A model generated the notes under the pieces. That model searched no databases. It was not told where the DNA came from and was given only the letters and a program-made list of their open reading frames with translations. A program made the position numbers and the translations under genes. Shown here one piece after another: positions 40,081 to 52,270 of a DNA stretch of 60,898 nucleotides. The stretch comes from Octopus bimaculoides. Lineage: Eukaryota. The DNA is taken from contig NC_068982.1 of the NCBI RefSeq assembly GCF_001194135.2, positions 114,267,056 to 114,327,953 of the forward strand, read 5' to 3'. The stretch's first letter is position 1. Each line of letters starts with the position of its first letter.

Positions 40081-40352
40081 TGTCGGCATTATAAAATCAA
40101 ACCCGCTGACAAATGGTATAAACACCATCCTGAAGCTGTAACTGAGGGAGAAAATGTATCGATTCTCTGGGGCTTCTTCGTACATACCGACAAAACTATA
40201 AAAGCTAATAAACCGGATATTATTATAAAAGATCAGACAAAGAAGAAGTGTTTATTAATTGATATGAGTATTCCTTGCGATCATAATATAGCGGCGAAAG
40301 AATTTGACAAGATCAGTAAATATAAAGACTTGCTAATAGAAATTGAAAAAAT
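40081..40352 (+). mobile_element. R4/Dong-type LINE REL-endonuclease region, 5'-truncated after (TAA)n; runs into gap
   Basis: Open frame CRHYKIKPADKWYKHHPEAVTEGENVSILWGFFVHTDKTIKANKPDIIIKDQTKKKCLLIDMSIPCDHNIAAKEFDKISKYKDLLIEIEK, containing the PD..D REL motif. Confidence 0.85.
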
Positions 40353-40885
40353 NNNNNNNNNNNNNNNNNNNNNNNNNNNNNNNNNNNNNNNNNNNNNNNN
40401 NNNNNNNNNNNNNNNNNNNNNNNNNNNNNNNNNNNNNNNNNNNNNNNNNNNNNNNNNNNNNNNNNNNNNNNNNNNNNNNNNNNNNNNNNNNNNNNNNNNN
40501 NNNNNNNNNNNNNNNNNNNNNNNNNNNNNNNNNNNNNNNNNNNNNNNNNNNNNNNNNNNNNNNNNNNNNNNNNNNNNNNNNNNNNNNNNNNNNNNNNNNN
40601 NNNNNNNNNNNNNNNNNNNNNNNNNNNNNNNNNNNNNNNNNNNNNNNNNNNNNNNNNNNNNNNNNNNNNNNNNNNNNNNNNNNNNNNNNNNNNNNNNNNN
40701 NNNNNNNNNNNNNNNNNNNNNNNNNNNNNNNNNNNNNNNNNNNNNNNNNNNNNNNNNNNNNNNNNNNNNNNNNNNNNNNNNNNNNNNNNNNNNNNNNNNN
40801 NNNNNNNNNNNNNNNNNNNNNNNNNNNNNNNNNNNNNNNNNNNNNNNNNNNNNNNNNNNNNNNNNNNNNNNNNNNNNNNNNNNNN

Positions 40886-40954
<69 letters not shown>

Positions 40955-40960
<6 letters not shown>

Positions 40961-41690
40961 CAGCAATTTGGGGGGATAGAGTTCGTCAATACCATTGACC
41001 TGGAGTTGCATTTTATCGACCTCGAAAGTATGAAATGCAAAATTGACTTCAACGAGATTTTTTTCCCCGACCCGGTAACGATTCAGCCAGTTCAGTTTAA
41101 TAATTGTTTCTAATTTAGGCACAAAGCCAACAAATTATCATAGGAAGAGTGTTGTCGATTGCACCGACTCCAGTATTTGACCGGTGCTTCACTTTGCCTC
41201 TAACCCCAACAGAATTAGAGGTGAAGTTAAGCTTGCTAGGATTTGAACTTAGAACATGAGAGAGCAGAAACAAATACCGCAAGCCATTTTTCCCTAGGTC
41301 TCAAGATTCTGTCAACCACTGCTCTTAATATCGATTTCTAACATAGGTACAAGGCCATCCATTATGTAGGAAAAATATTGTCGATCATATTGACTGTGTA
41401 CTTGATAGAAACTATATTTCACGGAAGGATGGCAGACAAAATCGATCTCAGTGATGTTTATCTCGGATCAATTTTGATGTCAATTTCTAGCATTCACACG
41501 AGGAATCAATTTTGTGAGAATGCGCAATCAATTAAGATTTCACATTAGCACTTATCTGGTGATTATTTTATCGACACCGGAAGAATAATATGCGAAGTTG
41601 ACTTCTACAGGATTTGAACTCAAAATAAATGGTCATAGCTAAATACTGCAATGCATTTTTCATGCCACTCTAGCGATTCTGACAGTTTAC
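40955..41690 (-). mobile_element. cluster of degenerate SINE family A fragments
   Basis: Repeated ttttatcgac, atttgaact(c/t)agaac and ggcacaa(a)gcc motifs at ~41010, 41120-41300, 41345-41460 and 41560-41680. Confidence 0.6.
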
Positions 41691-42346
41691 TACTTTTAAA
41701 ACGAATTAAATATTGAAAATTTACAGATAGTTCCGTTATGGAATGAATATTTCTAACTACATCCGCTAACATTTCTCCTAAAAATAGTTTTGTGTGTCTT
41801 GTCAAAATTTCCGAGGAAGAAATTACCGAAATGGTTGTTCAAAAATTCATAAGTTTATTTCAGTTTTATTTACATTTTTTCAGTTTTTATTGTATATAGC
41901 TTAATTCTGTTTCTATATAGCTTCAAGTGAGTTGTTTGCCATGTAAACAACAGATGGATTTATTTGAGGCTGATATTGATTATAAGCTCCGCATTTATTT
42001 TTCATAAAATACCATTTCAGAAAAGCCAAGATAGATTTTTCTATTGGAATACCATCTTAGATAGAAACTGGGAAATATTTCGTCTTTATATTTCTTTAAG
42101 ACTAATTAATAAACATTATGAACAACTAAAATTCTTTGGACAGATATATCTGTCCCTTCTTCATTTGTCTTGCAAACCATCGAAGAGAATTATTTCCCGA
42201 TTATTTGTATTTCTTCCATCTATAATCAAGCTCTGGATCGGAATAACGAGAATTAATTAAATAAGGATGATCCAAAAGCAGTCTGGTCCATATCAACAGT
42301 AGAATGCACAGCTATTTCAGCAAAGTTGCTGAAGAACTATTACAAT

Positions 42347-42381
<35 letters not shown>

Positions 42382-42859
42382 TTCTACTCTTTGTAGAATA
42401 GAAACCAACGCCAATCTCTCTCTATACAAATAGTGAATATTATTCAAAATTTAATTTCACTAAACACACCACTATTATGTAGTCAAGAAGGTCGCTGTGT
42501 AACCATACAAATCCGTTTAGATCCCAAGTATCTTTTACTAAAGCTTCAAGTAGGTCAATACTCAACGAGTACAATTTGCTTAACACAAACTATGTAGGGA
42601 CGTATTGTATGTATGCAGATGAATACATACATACATACACATACACACACACACACATACATACGTACATACATACATACATACATACATACATACATAC
42701 ATACATACATACATACATACATAAACTGAACCACAAAAGAAACGTCGCACACATACTATATAGTAACCGGTTTATTAACAGACTGCTATAGCATTGATTG
42801 AAGAGTGCTAATTAAGAAACCGTTCTTTCCTAATAAAACGTCATTTCCTGAAACATGAT

Positions 42860-42883
42860 TGACGTCACATGGTGTCACGTGAT
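42860..42883. promoter_or_regulatory. clustered CRE plus two E-boxes (CLEAR/USF-like)
   Basis: TGACGTCA at 42860-67 overlaps CACATG at 42866-71; GTCACGTGAT at 42874-83. Confidence 0.3.
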
Positions 42884-42968
42884 CACGGAGTATCCTGGAT
42901 CCAAAGAGATGACCTCAATATCTCGTGTGACTACCATTAGCATTGATTATCGCTAGGTAACTTTTGTA

Positions 42969-43012
<44 letters not shown>

Positions 43013-43575
43013 TTGTATNNNNNNNNNNNNNNNNNNNNNNNNNNNNNNNNNNNNNNNNNNNNNNNNNNNNNNNNNNNNNNNNNNNNNNNNNNNNNNNNNN
43101 NNNNNNNNNNNNNNNNNNNNNNNNNNNNNNNNNNNNNNNNNNNNNNNNNNNNNNNNNNNNNNNNNNNNNNNNNNNNNNNNNNNNNNNNNNNNNNNNNNNN
43201 NNNNNNNNNNNNNNNNNNNNNNNNNNNNNNNNNNNNNNNNNNNNNNNNNNNNNNNNNNNNNNNNNNNNNNNNNNNNNNNNNNNNNNNNNNNNNNNNNNNN
43301 NNNNNNNNNNNNNNNNNNNNNNNNNNNNNNNNNNNNNNNNNNNNNNNNNNNNNNNNNNNNNNNNNNNNNNNNNNNNNNNNNNNNNNNNNNNNNNNNNNNN
43401 NNNNNNNNNNNNNNNNNNNNNNNNNNNNNNNNNNNNNNNNNNNNNNNNNNNNNNNNNNNNNNNNNNNNNNNNNNNNNNNNNNNNNNNNNNNNNNNNNNNN
43501 NNNNNNNNNNNNNNNNNNNNNNNNNNNNNNNNNNNNNNNNNNNNNNNNNNNNNNNNNNNNNNNNNNNNNNNNNNN

Positions 43576-43617
<42 letters not shown>

Positions 43618-45271
43618 AATTAGCCCTATGAATTTCTTGGACTATCTTATAAAACTCTCTGATGAAGCTTAGAGGCATACCCAAGTACCCTAATTTTATC
43701 TACAGATAACTACAATACACTGAAAAGACGGAAATAACATATGGAGTACTGTGACCTCTTGACTGAAACAGTTGTAAGAAACTGCTCTTCTTCCTCTCTT
43801 ATAGAAATTACTAATACTTTACACATCTATTTATATACTATCTGAACATAATGTCTAACAGCTGATGAATACTACCTCTGGATTCCCTCCATTTGCTTCT
43901 TGGCATATAAACTAAGGGTAAAACCACTTATTACCCTCGCCTAATTATTATACTCAGTAATGTAATGGCCACGCAATAACCAACACTTGTGTATTAATTA
44001 GGTATTCTACCAGCAGTATATTGGATAGATACTATCCCTTAGTTGGTTGGATTTATCATTCTATTTACATACAATACACCAGAGCCTCAATGCGAGGCAA
44101 GTTGTTTCACCTACTCTTGGCATACAGGTGTTTTTTAACACATGGTGTTTTGTAGGGAACTATCATAGAAGTTATCCCGCAGGGAATTCGTTTCATATAC
44201 AAACACATACACTATGTACGATCGATAATGTATATTTGTATGTATACATACATATATATAAAAATATATGAAAATAGATATATATATATATANNNNNNNN
44301 NNNNNNNNNNNNNNNNNNNNNNNNNNNNNNNNNNNNNNNNNNNNNNNNNNNNNNNNNNNNNNNNNNNNNNNNNNNNNNNNNNNNNNNNNNNNNNNNNNNN
44401 NNNNNNNNNNNNNNNNNNNNNNNNNNNNNNNNNNNNNNNNNNNNNNNNNNNNNNNNNNNNNNNNNNNNNNNNNNNNNNNNNNNNNNNNNNNNNNNNNNNN
44501 NNNNNNNNNNNNNNNNNNNNNNNNNNNNNNNNNNNNNNNNNNNNNNNNNNNNNNNNNNNNNNNNNNNNNNNNNNNNNNNNNNNNNNNNNNNNNNNNNNNN
44601 NNNNNNNNNNNNNNNNNNNNNNNNNNNNNNNNNNNNNNNNNNNNNNNNNNNNNNNNNNNNNNNNNNNNNNNNNNNNNNNNNNNNNNNNNNNNNNNNNNNN
44701 NNNNNNNNNNNNNNNNNNNNNNNNNNNNNNNNNNNNNNNNNNNNNNNNNNNNNNNNNNNNNNNNNNNNNNNNNNNNNNNNNNNNNNNNNNNNNNNNNNNN
44801 NNNNNNNNNNNNNNNNNNNNNNNNNNNNNNNNNNNNNNNNNNNNNNNNNNNNNNNNNNNNNNNNNNNNNNNNNNNNNNNNNNNNNNNNNNNNNNNNNNNN
44901 NNNNNNNNNNNNNNNNNNNNNNNNNNNNNNNNNNNNNNNNNNNNNNNNNNNNNNNNNNNNNNNNNNNNNNNNNNNNNNNNNNNNNNNNNNNNNNNNNNNN
45001 NNNNNNNNNNNNNNNNNNNNNNNNNNNNNNNNNNNNNNNNNNNNNNNNNNNNNNNNNNNNNNNNNNNNNNNNNNNNNNNNNNNNNNATATATATATATAT
45101 ATATATATACATATATATAATATCAGGGTAAGAAAAAAATTAGAAATGTTTACTACCAGTGGCCTAACCTATATATATAAATCAACGTTAAGACCGAAAG
45201 AACACAAGCGGAAATCTAACAAAAACAACGTACGGAAAAATAGACGATAACATAGCAAACAAGAAATTGGA

Positions 45272-45385
45272 CAATAACAAGATACACTGACCATTTCCAG
45301 CCCAATTTCCTCCTCAGTCAGTGTCCGGACAGTCATAGCAGTTTCGCGCCTTTTTACCCCTGCGACCGCTCGAATCCGGCAAGGG
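45272..45385 (-). ncRNA. two tandem degenerate hammerhead-like motifs
   Basis: Minus strand GCG...CGC-GAAA-CUGCUAUGACUG-UC, then ACACU-GA-CUGAGGA...GAAA-UG-GUC-AGUGU. Confidence 0.33.
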
Positions 45386-46080
45386 TATATTGTTGCCATT
45401 TATATTTTTTATTTTGCGCATGCGCATATTTGTTTTCTATTTTGTCGACTACACAGTATAGTAGGCTTAGTTGGGCACCGTCTGTGCCCACACACACACA
45501 CACACAAATACATATTTGTATGCATGTGCGTACGTAAGTATGTATAATTGACTATGAATCCAAAAGTCAGGAAAATAGCTTTTCGACATACGAGCAATCT
45601 CTGAAAAGCATGTGATGTACTTAGCCGTGCTGTTATCTAATATCCGGTTATCTTATACCCAGTGCAAAACTGATTGGTAAGAGCGGCTGAAGTATGAACA
45701 ATTAAGTGTGCGTGTGTATATGAAGCTAATGTGTGCAAATGGTGTGTGTATCTGTGTAAAGCTATTGTGTGCATGTAAACTGTATGCGTTTGTGCATCTG
45801 TACATACATGTGCATGTGATCTTACTTTTTGTTTATGTATACGAGTAGGAGGCTACCAGACATACACGTGTATGAAGTTATTGTGTACGAGTATAATGAG
45901 GTTGTGTTTCGGCGTATGTTTGTGTTTCTGTTCTCAGTTTGTGCCACCGACTGTAGAAGGCTATTGGACAACTAAGATTATGTGTGAAGTTGATATGTGC
46001 ATTTATAACTTTGTGTCTTTGTGCGCGTGAATACGGGTGTAATACGTGTGTACGGGCGCGCATATGTATGAGCTTATCTG

Positions 46081-46147
<67 letters not shown>

Positions 46148-46199
46148 TGTGTGAGGTTGTAGTATGTCTCATTAGATAGAGGTGTTAGATAGAATAGAG

Positions 46200-47520
46200 G
46201 TGACAAAAGTGATAGATGTTGGAAAGTGTAGGTACGTGATTATATATTTGGTACTTGTGTGAAAGTGTGAAATTTGGATATGGAAGATTGTGTGCTCAGC
46301 AGGAAGAAGGAGTGTGTATGTGCGGGTGTGTACATGCATGTAAATGTTGTATAAATGTAAATGGGGTGGTCTAGCATAGGGTGATGAGTTGAATGGTGTA
46401 GCTGGTGCGTGTGGGGTAGAGGTGGAGGCCCATGGGAAGGTGAGAGGTGTGTGTAAGTGTGGGGATGGGATGCGTTTAATGAAAAAGGATTGGAGAATTT
46501 AGACCGTGACGGATTAAAGTTTGGGGAGAGAAAATTTATTCCGGCTGCAGACGGAAAGGATGGGGTCTAGGTGATATCTGTGCAAGGCCAGTTTGAACAT
46601 AGATGTTGCAGGGGACGACACGTCGAGCAGAAATGGCGCGCGGTGAGAGTGTCATCACTGAGTTTGATGTTCCGAAAGTGTTAGCGAAAGGTTAGCCAGG
46701 GGTCGACCAGTTTTCCAATGTACTGGGAGTGGCAAAAGAAGCAGAGGATGCAGTAAATCAGAATACTAGAGGTACAAGCTAGGAATTTGGTGATGTGAAA
46801 GGAAACGGTTGTGGGTACCGGTGAAGACGGTTGAGTTAGAAAGGAAGGAACGGGTAGCAGTATGGGCGAGAACAAAAGGAGGAGCCAGGTTGAGTGCCAG
46901 AAGTGGGGGAGAGGTTACGAACCAGTATATCACATAGGTTACGGGTACGTTTTATGGGTAGGTTGGGGAAGATGTAGGAGATGAAGGGGTCTGAGAAGAA
47001 TAGGCGGAAAGCACACAAAATCGTGAGTTAAAAGGGTAGGGTGGAGGACGGTAAGTGAGGGGGTAAGGAAGACGACTAAAGGTTGGTGAGCGCGTGAAGA
47101 GAAGGCAGATGCACGATCAACAGACAGTACACGGGATGAAGTGGATAATAGTGGATGAAATGATGTGCCATGAAATGATGTGCCATGAGTTGGGATTGAG
47201 TCCTAAGTCATGGACGTCACTACAGAGTCGATAGAAACGGAGAAAATGAGATAATTTGATGAGGGTGCAGTGGGTGGAGGAGAAGTTAAAATATGAAGGG
47301 GAGTCTGTAAGCCTGTAGTGGATGGAGATGGTAAGAGAGGAGTGGCTGATAGCAACGAAAATATCGTGGAAGTTAACGGAGGTCTTGGAGACAGAGCAGG
47401 AGAATTCAAGGTGAGGCGTAAAGGGGTGGTTGAAAGAGAGGAAGGGGTGGGATTCTTCGCAGCAGAGTGATGTACCGACCGTATAACTCAGGAGCGGAAC
47501 CGGTAAACTGTGACAGTGTA
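46200..47520 (-). mobile_element. Penelope-like element: RT C-terminal half plus GIY-YIG, 5'-truncated, decayed
   Basis: YGRYI (YIDD region, ~47475), PHLEFSCS...IHYRLTDSPSYFNFSS...FLRFYRLCSD, KRTRNLCDILVR, PGSSFCSRP, SSILIYCILCFFCHSQYIG. Confidence 0.8.
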
Positions 47521-47545
47521 AACATACATACATACATACATACAC

Positions 47546-47578
<33 letters not shown>

Positions 47579-47855
47579 NNNNNNNNNNNNNNNNNNNNNN
47601 NNNNNNNNNNNNNNNNNNNNNNNNNNNNNNNNNNNNNNNNNNNNNNNNNNNNNNNNNNNNNNNNNNNNNNNNNNNNNNNNNNNNNNNNNNNNNNNNNNNN
47701 NNNNNNNNNNNNNNNNNNNNNNNNNNNNNNNNNNNNNNNNNNNNNNNNNNNNNNNNNNNNNNNNNNNNNNNNNNNNNNNNNNNNNNNNNNNNNNNNNNNN
47801 NNNNNNNNNNNNNNNNNNNNNNNNNNNNNNNNNNNNNNNNNNNNNNNNNNNNNNN

Positions 47856-47912
<57 letters not shown>

Positions 47913-48052
47913 CATTGACCATCAAATCAGGCAGGTTTGGTTGTGTGGTTAAGAATTCGCTTCATAATTACGTGCTACAATGTTTGATTCCACTACATAA
48001 CGTCTTCGGTTAGTGTTTTTTACTGTAGTCTTGGTTTGACCAAAGCCTTGCG
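47913..48052 (+). repeat. left arm of ~140-bp inverted duplication
   Basis: rc of 49096-49236, with 5 substitutions and 1 indel. Confidence 0.9.
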
Positions 48053-48077
48053 CATACTCATATGTATATGTCTATAA

Positions 48078-48400
48078 TCTTTTATTCTTTTACTTGTTTC
48101 ACTCATTTGACTGCGGTCGTGCTGGAGCACCGCCTTACTTACATTTTTAGTCAAAGAAATCGACCCCAGGACTTATTTTTTTAAAGACTAGTACTTATTC
48201 CATCGGTACATTTTGCCGAACCATTAAATACATATATATACATATATATATATATATATGCCCGACGGGCTTCTTCAGTTTCCGTCTACCAAATCCACTC
48301 ACAAATCTTTGGTCGGCCCTAGACTATAGTAGAAGACACTTGGCCATGGTGCCACGCAGTAAGACTGAACCCAGGACCATGTAGTTGGGAAGCAAGCTTG
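48078..48400 (-). mobile_element. SINE family B
   Basis: rc of the family B sequence: tgctggagcaccgcc...cgggcttcttcagtttccgtctaccaaatccactcac...ggtgccacgcagt. Confidence 0.85.
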
Positions 48401-49095
48401 ACTATACTGGTAATTTGTGTAATGCTAAAGGCAAAAATATTTCTCATTAACACAGAAATGGAATATTCTCAAGATCCAACCTGTAATATTGTTGATGTTG
48501 TTTATCTCGGCTCAGTCCGCATTTAGGCGTCCCAACCATAAACAGCCCATCATATTTTCCAGACTTTATCGAACGTGGTGACGGCGGCGGTGGTGGCGGT
48601 GGAGGTGGTGGTGTTATTGCTGTTGTTCTTGTAGTTATTGATTTTGTTGTTGCGGCTCAGAGCCAGGTCAGTTCTAACCAAACGAACCTATGATGAAAAT
48701 AGTTCCTACATAACCATTCTGCAACTTAAGGGATATCTAGGAATATATTATTGTACTCTTCAATTTTTTTTTTTTTGTTTTTTAAGATGGTACCTTTTTC
48801 TATATGGGATTTCAATCAAAGGAGTAAAGGCAGCACCCATGGCCTTTTTGTTTGACGTCCGGTCCTGATGGGGGAATTATATACAGAAAACTTTACACTC
48901 ATAAGTTGCTGCAGTAGGAATCATAATGCTATCCACTTATTATATATCCTCAGACTGGAGAACGGATCTAAATGCTTGCAACAGAGTAACCTCTGCTGTA
49001 GACACTAAAGTATTAGGTCGTAGTGTTAAGCCAGCCAAACTATCCAAAAGTACAGAGCAACGGTTTTCCGTTCTTTCCGTGTACCTATTTTTCCT

Positions 49096-49236
49096 CGCAA
49101 GGCTTTGGTCAAACCAAGACTACAGTAAAAAAACACTAACCGAAGACGTTATGCAGTGGAATCAAACATTGTAGCACATAATTGTGAAGCGAATTGTTAA
49201 CCACACAACCAAACCTGCCTGATTTGATAGTCAATG
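49096..49236 (-). repeat. right arm of ~140-bp inverted duplication
   Basis: See the left arm. Both arms are bordered outward by (GT)n/(AC)n. Confidence 0.9.
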
Positions 49237-49506
49237 CTATACACACACACACACACACACACACCACTCGTTAGGTGGAGCGAACATATCTGTTCAACAC
49301 GGCGTTAAGAGAGAAGTTCCTTATTTCATTCAATTAATGACAATTCCAAATAGATACACGACTTGTTGATTAACTGAAATCAAAAGATTAAGAGAGCAAA
49401 ATACTTTTTCGAACTGGGATCTTCAATCTTTTATTGAGGCACTTAACATTGATGAAATAGTATCTAATAAACGTTCGACAGAAAAGCAAAAATAAAGAAA
49501 GCTTAC

Positions 49507-50090
49507 CTTCAACTAAATTCCGCGTAGAAAGGCATGAAAACAGAAAACAGATCGTATTTCCTATCATAGCTTTGATAGATATTTGATCTAGCCCTTGGTA
49601 TTACAAAAGAAAAATTACGAGAAACCAGTTTTTTTTTCTTTTTTCAGTATAGAGAATCTCAATTTCACATTCTTATATCTCGAATAATTCTTTCTTTCTG
49701 TTTCTTTTCCATTTCTTTCGCTTTTCTTTTCTTTCTCATGCCTTTTCTCCTGCGTCTATCTGTTTAATACTTTAGTTCCACTGACAGACAATACGAGTTT
49801 CAAACTAGATTTCAAGAACTAAAACAGAGAGGTGGGAGTGGGAGCTGTAAGATTAAACTTTTAAATAAAATCAATAGACAAGCGAACAACAGACGGAAGT
49901 CAGTCTCAGATGCAAGGAATGTATTACAGAAAGGATATTATGAAGTTGAAAAGTAAGGTATTGACGACAGAGTAGCGTGAAGTAGAACCAGACATATATT
50001 CAGATAACGAATGGTGTCAGAGAGAAACTTCATATATGTATTTTCAGAGATCGATGTAAGGATAGACAGATCGAAGAATTGGAAACACGA
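49507..50090 (-). other. possible non-coding first exon of a minus-strand gene
   Basis: Strong donor AAG|GTAAGC at 49507/49506 on the minus strand. The ~600 bp before it has no recognisable TE and follows a (GA)n tract (50090-50220). Confidence 0.25.
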
Positions 50091-50175
50091 ATTCTCTGTC
50101 TCTGTCTCTCTCTCTCTCTTTTCGCTCTTCGTTCTTCTCCATCTCTCTTCGATTCTCTCCCTCTCCGTCTCTCTC

Positions 50176-50221
<46 letters not shown>

Positions 50222-50398
50222 ATAGGACGAAGAGACGATAACTTCGCTATGGCGTTTGAAAAGAGTCTTACAGAAACAATATGATACCCATGCTTCTTTT
50301 CACACGCTCTCTTAAGTAGGAATTCAGCTTCAAGCACTATAAGACTCAATACGTTTGCATAATAAATGACATCATATGATGTGATCTAATGTATGCAT

Positions 50399-50430
<32 letters not shown>

Positions 50431-50809
50431 ACAACGCATACACACAAACGCACAGACACACATGCACACATACGCATGCGCGCTTTCCTGCACACATATA
50501 TGTATATGCCTACATAATCATGTATGTATGTATGTATGTATGTGTGTGTGTGTATCCATTCACGCATCAAATTGCCTTTAAGAATCGACGACTAAAGTAC
50601 CAGCCTCAGCAAGTGTAAATCTCTCTTTCTTTCACCCTTTCTAACTATCTCCCTTTCCCCAAGAAATCAACTGTGTGGTCAGCTTCTGAGAGATTGGGCT
50701 CCACAAGATCTAAAAGGTTTGCAAGACACACCATATGATGCTTGTTGAAGGGTAAGAGATGTCTTGTACGTACATGTATACATACATAAGTATATACATA
50801 CACACACGC

Positions 50810-50958
<149 letters not shown>

Positions 50959-50974
50959 TATGCATATACACATG

Positions 50975-51500
50975 GTGTGTCGATCTTCACTATAGAATCG
51001 GCAGATGGCTGAATTCATCTTGCACACGACAACAGCAATCCCACACAATCCTACAACTCTCTAATGCACGGGCACAGAATTATTACATGCAGGACAGTTT
51101 CGTTCCCTAACAAGCATCTCGGGCAGGTTCGGCTGTTGGCTCTTCTATACCTGAAGAGCTTGCCTCGAACTGGCAATGCCAAAAACTTTAGAAATTGTCC
51201 ATGATCTCCGAGCAGAAGGTCCTCCGGAAGAGACTACTCGGGTTTTTTTCATCGAAGCCTAGATTCATACCCTCAACTCCTATCGAAATCTTGGGTTGTT
51301 TTCCCGCTAACGGTTTTGTGCAGCTGGTACTATGCAGTGAGCGCCTGGCAACATTCTAGATGCCAGCGCGCAACCTTATTCAGCGTTTTACCCATGACTG
51401 CAGCCTCTGTCAATGAGATAAGCTACAGAAAAGCGTGTCGCACGAAGGACACCCGCACCAGTTCACCCTTATTTTCGTCACCCTTGTTCACACCATCGCA
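50975..51500 (-). mobile_element. L1/Tx1-type ORF2 C-terminal zinc-knuckle fragment
   Basis: Minus frame LPVRGKLFRYRRANSRTCPRCLLGNETVLHVIILCP (CX2C...ET..H....C, zf-RVT). Upstream remnant WHLECCQALT. Confidence 0.7.
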
Positions 51501-51589
51501 GTGATTTAGTTATCTCTGTAGGTATGATACCCTCAAGAGCGGCATCCCGAGACCACCACTGTGTGGGTGTTGACAGCTGAATTCAAAAA

Positions 51590-51795
51590 AATTATTGAAG
51601 CAATAAATTCAAAGAGCGGTGCCATTAATCAGATATGGAGTTGGAATTATAGACTGGACCAAAAACGATATAAAAAAACTTGACAGAATAACTGGAAAGT
51701 TTTTGACTATGTATGGAGCCCACCATCCGAAAGCTGATATCAACCGGGTGTATTTGAGGAGAGACCAGGATGGACGAGGCTTAATGCATTTCTGA
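51590..51795 (+). mobile_element. R4/Dong-type RT thumb fragment
   Basis: AINS/RAVPLIRYGVGIIDWTKNDIKKLDRITGKFLTMYGAHHPKADINRVYLRRDQDGRGL. Confidence 0.78.
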
Positions 51796-52270
51796 TCACG
51801 AGCAGAAGTAATGGGGGAGCATCATAGCTATGTGCAGAGAGGAATTCTTTGGGGTTTGAATTTCACTTTTGGAAACATGGGTGTTCCGTTCAACATCCTT
51901 AAACAACCCTTATTCAGGGACCTTTTGAGCGGGATGGGCTACTCGACCTGAAGAAAATTCTAACTGGGGCCCCACCTGCAAGGTCATGCGCTGTTTATCT
52001 TGATATGAGATCACCATGTCACGCACATATGGTTGTGATGCATGTTCCTGGAGTACCCTTATCAGTTGGGTAATCATGATGGGTATATTGGGCTTCGTAT
52101 ATTTAACCAGTGTCACTTTGATGGCATGCCCTGCTCTCTCACTAAAGAAGAAGAAGAAGAAGAAGAAGAAGAAGAAGAAGAAGAAGAAGAAGAAGAAGAA
52201 GAAGAAGAAGAAGAAGAAGAAGAAGAAGAAGAAGAAGAAGAAGAAGAAGAAGAAGAAGAAGAAGAAGAAG
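51796..52270 (+). mobile_element. unclassified retroposon 3' portion ending in ~42 GAA repeats
   Basis: About 350 bp of non-coding sequence, richer in GC than its surroundings, ending ctctctcacta then (GAA)n at 52146-52270. It resembles an abundant octopus repeat from memory only. Confidence 0.5.
52146..52270. repeat. (GAA)n microsatellite
   Basis: About 42 perfect units by direct reading. Confidence 0.97.

Noticed and set aside
43620-44220. Scattered ctgatga and gaaacagttgta words suggesting hammerheads
   Set aside because: The boxes are not correctly spaced, and I could not build stems I and II.
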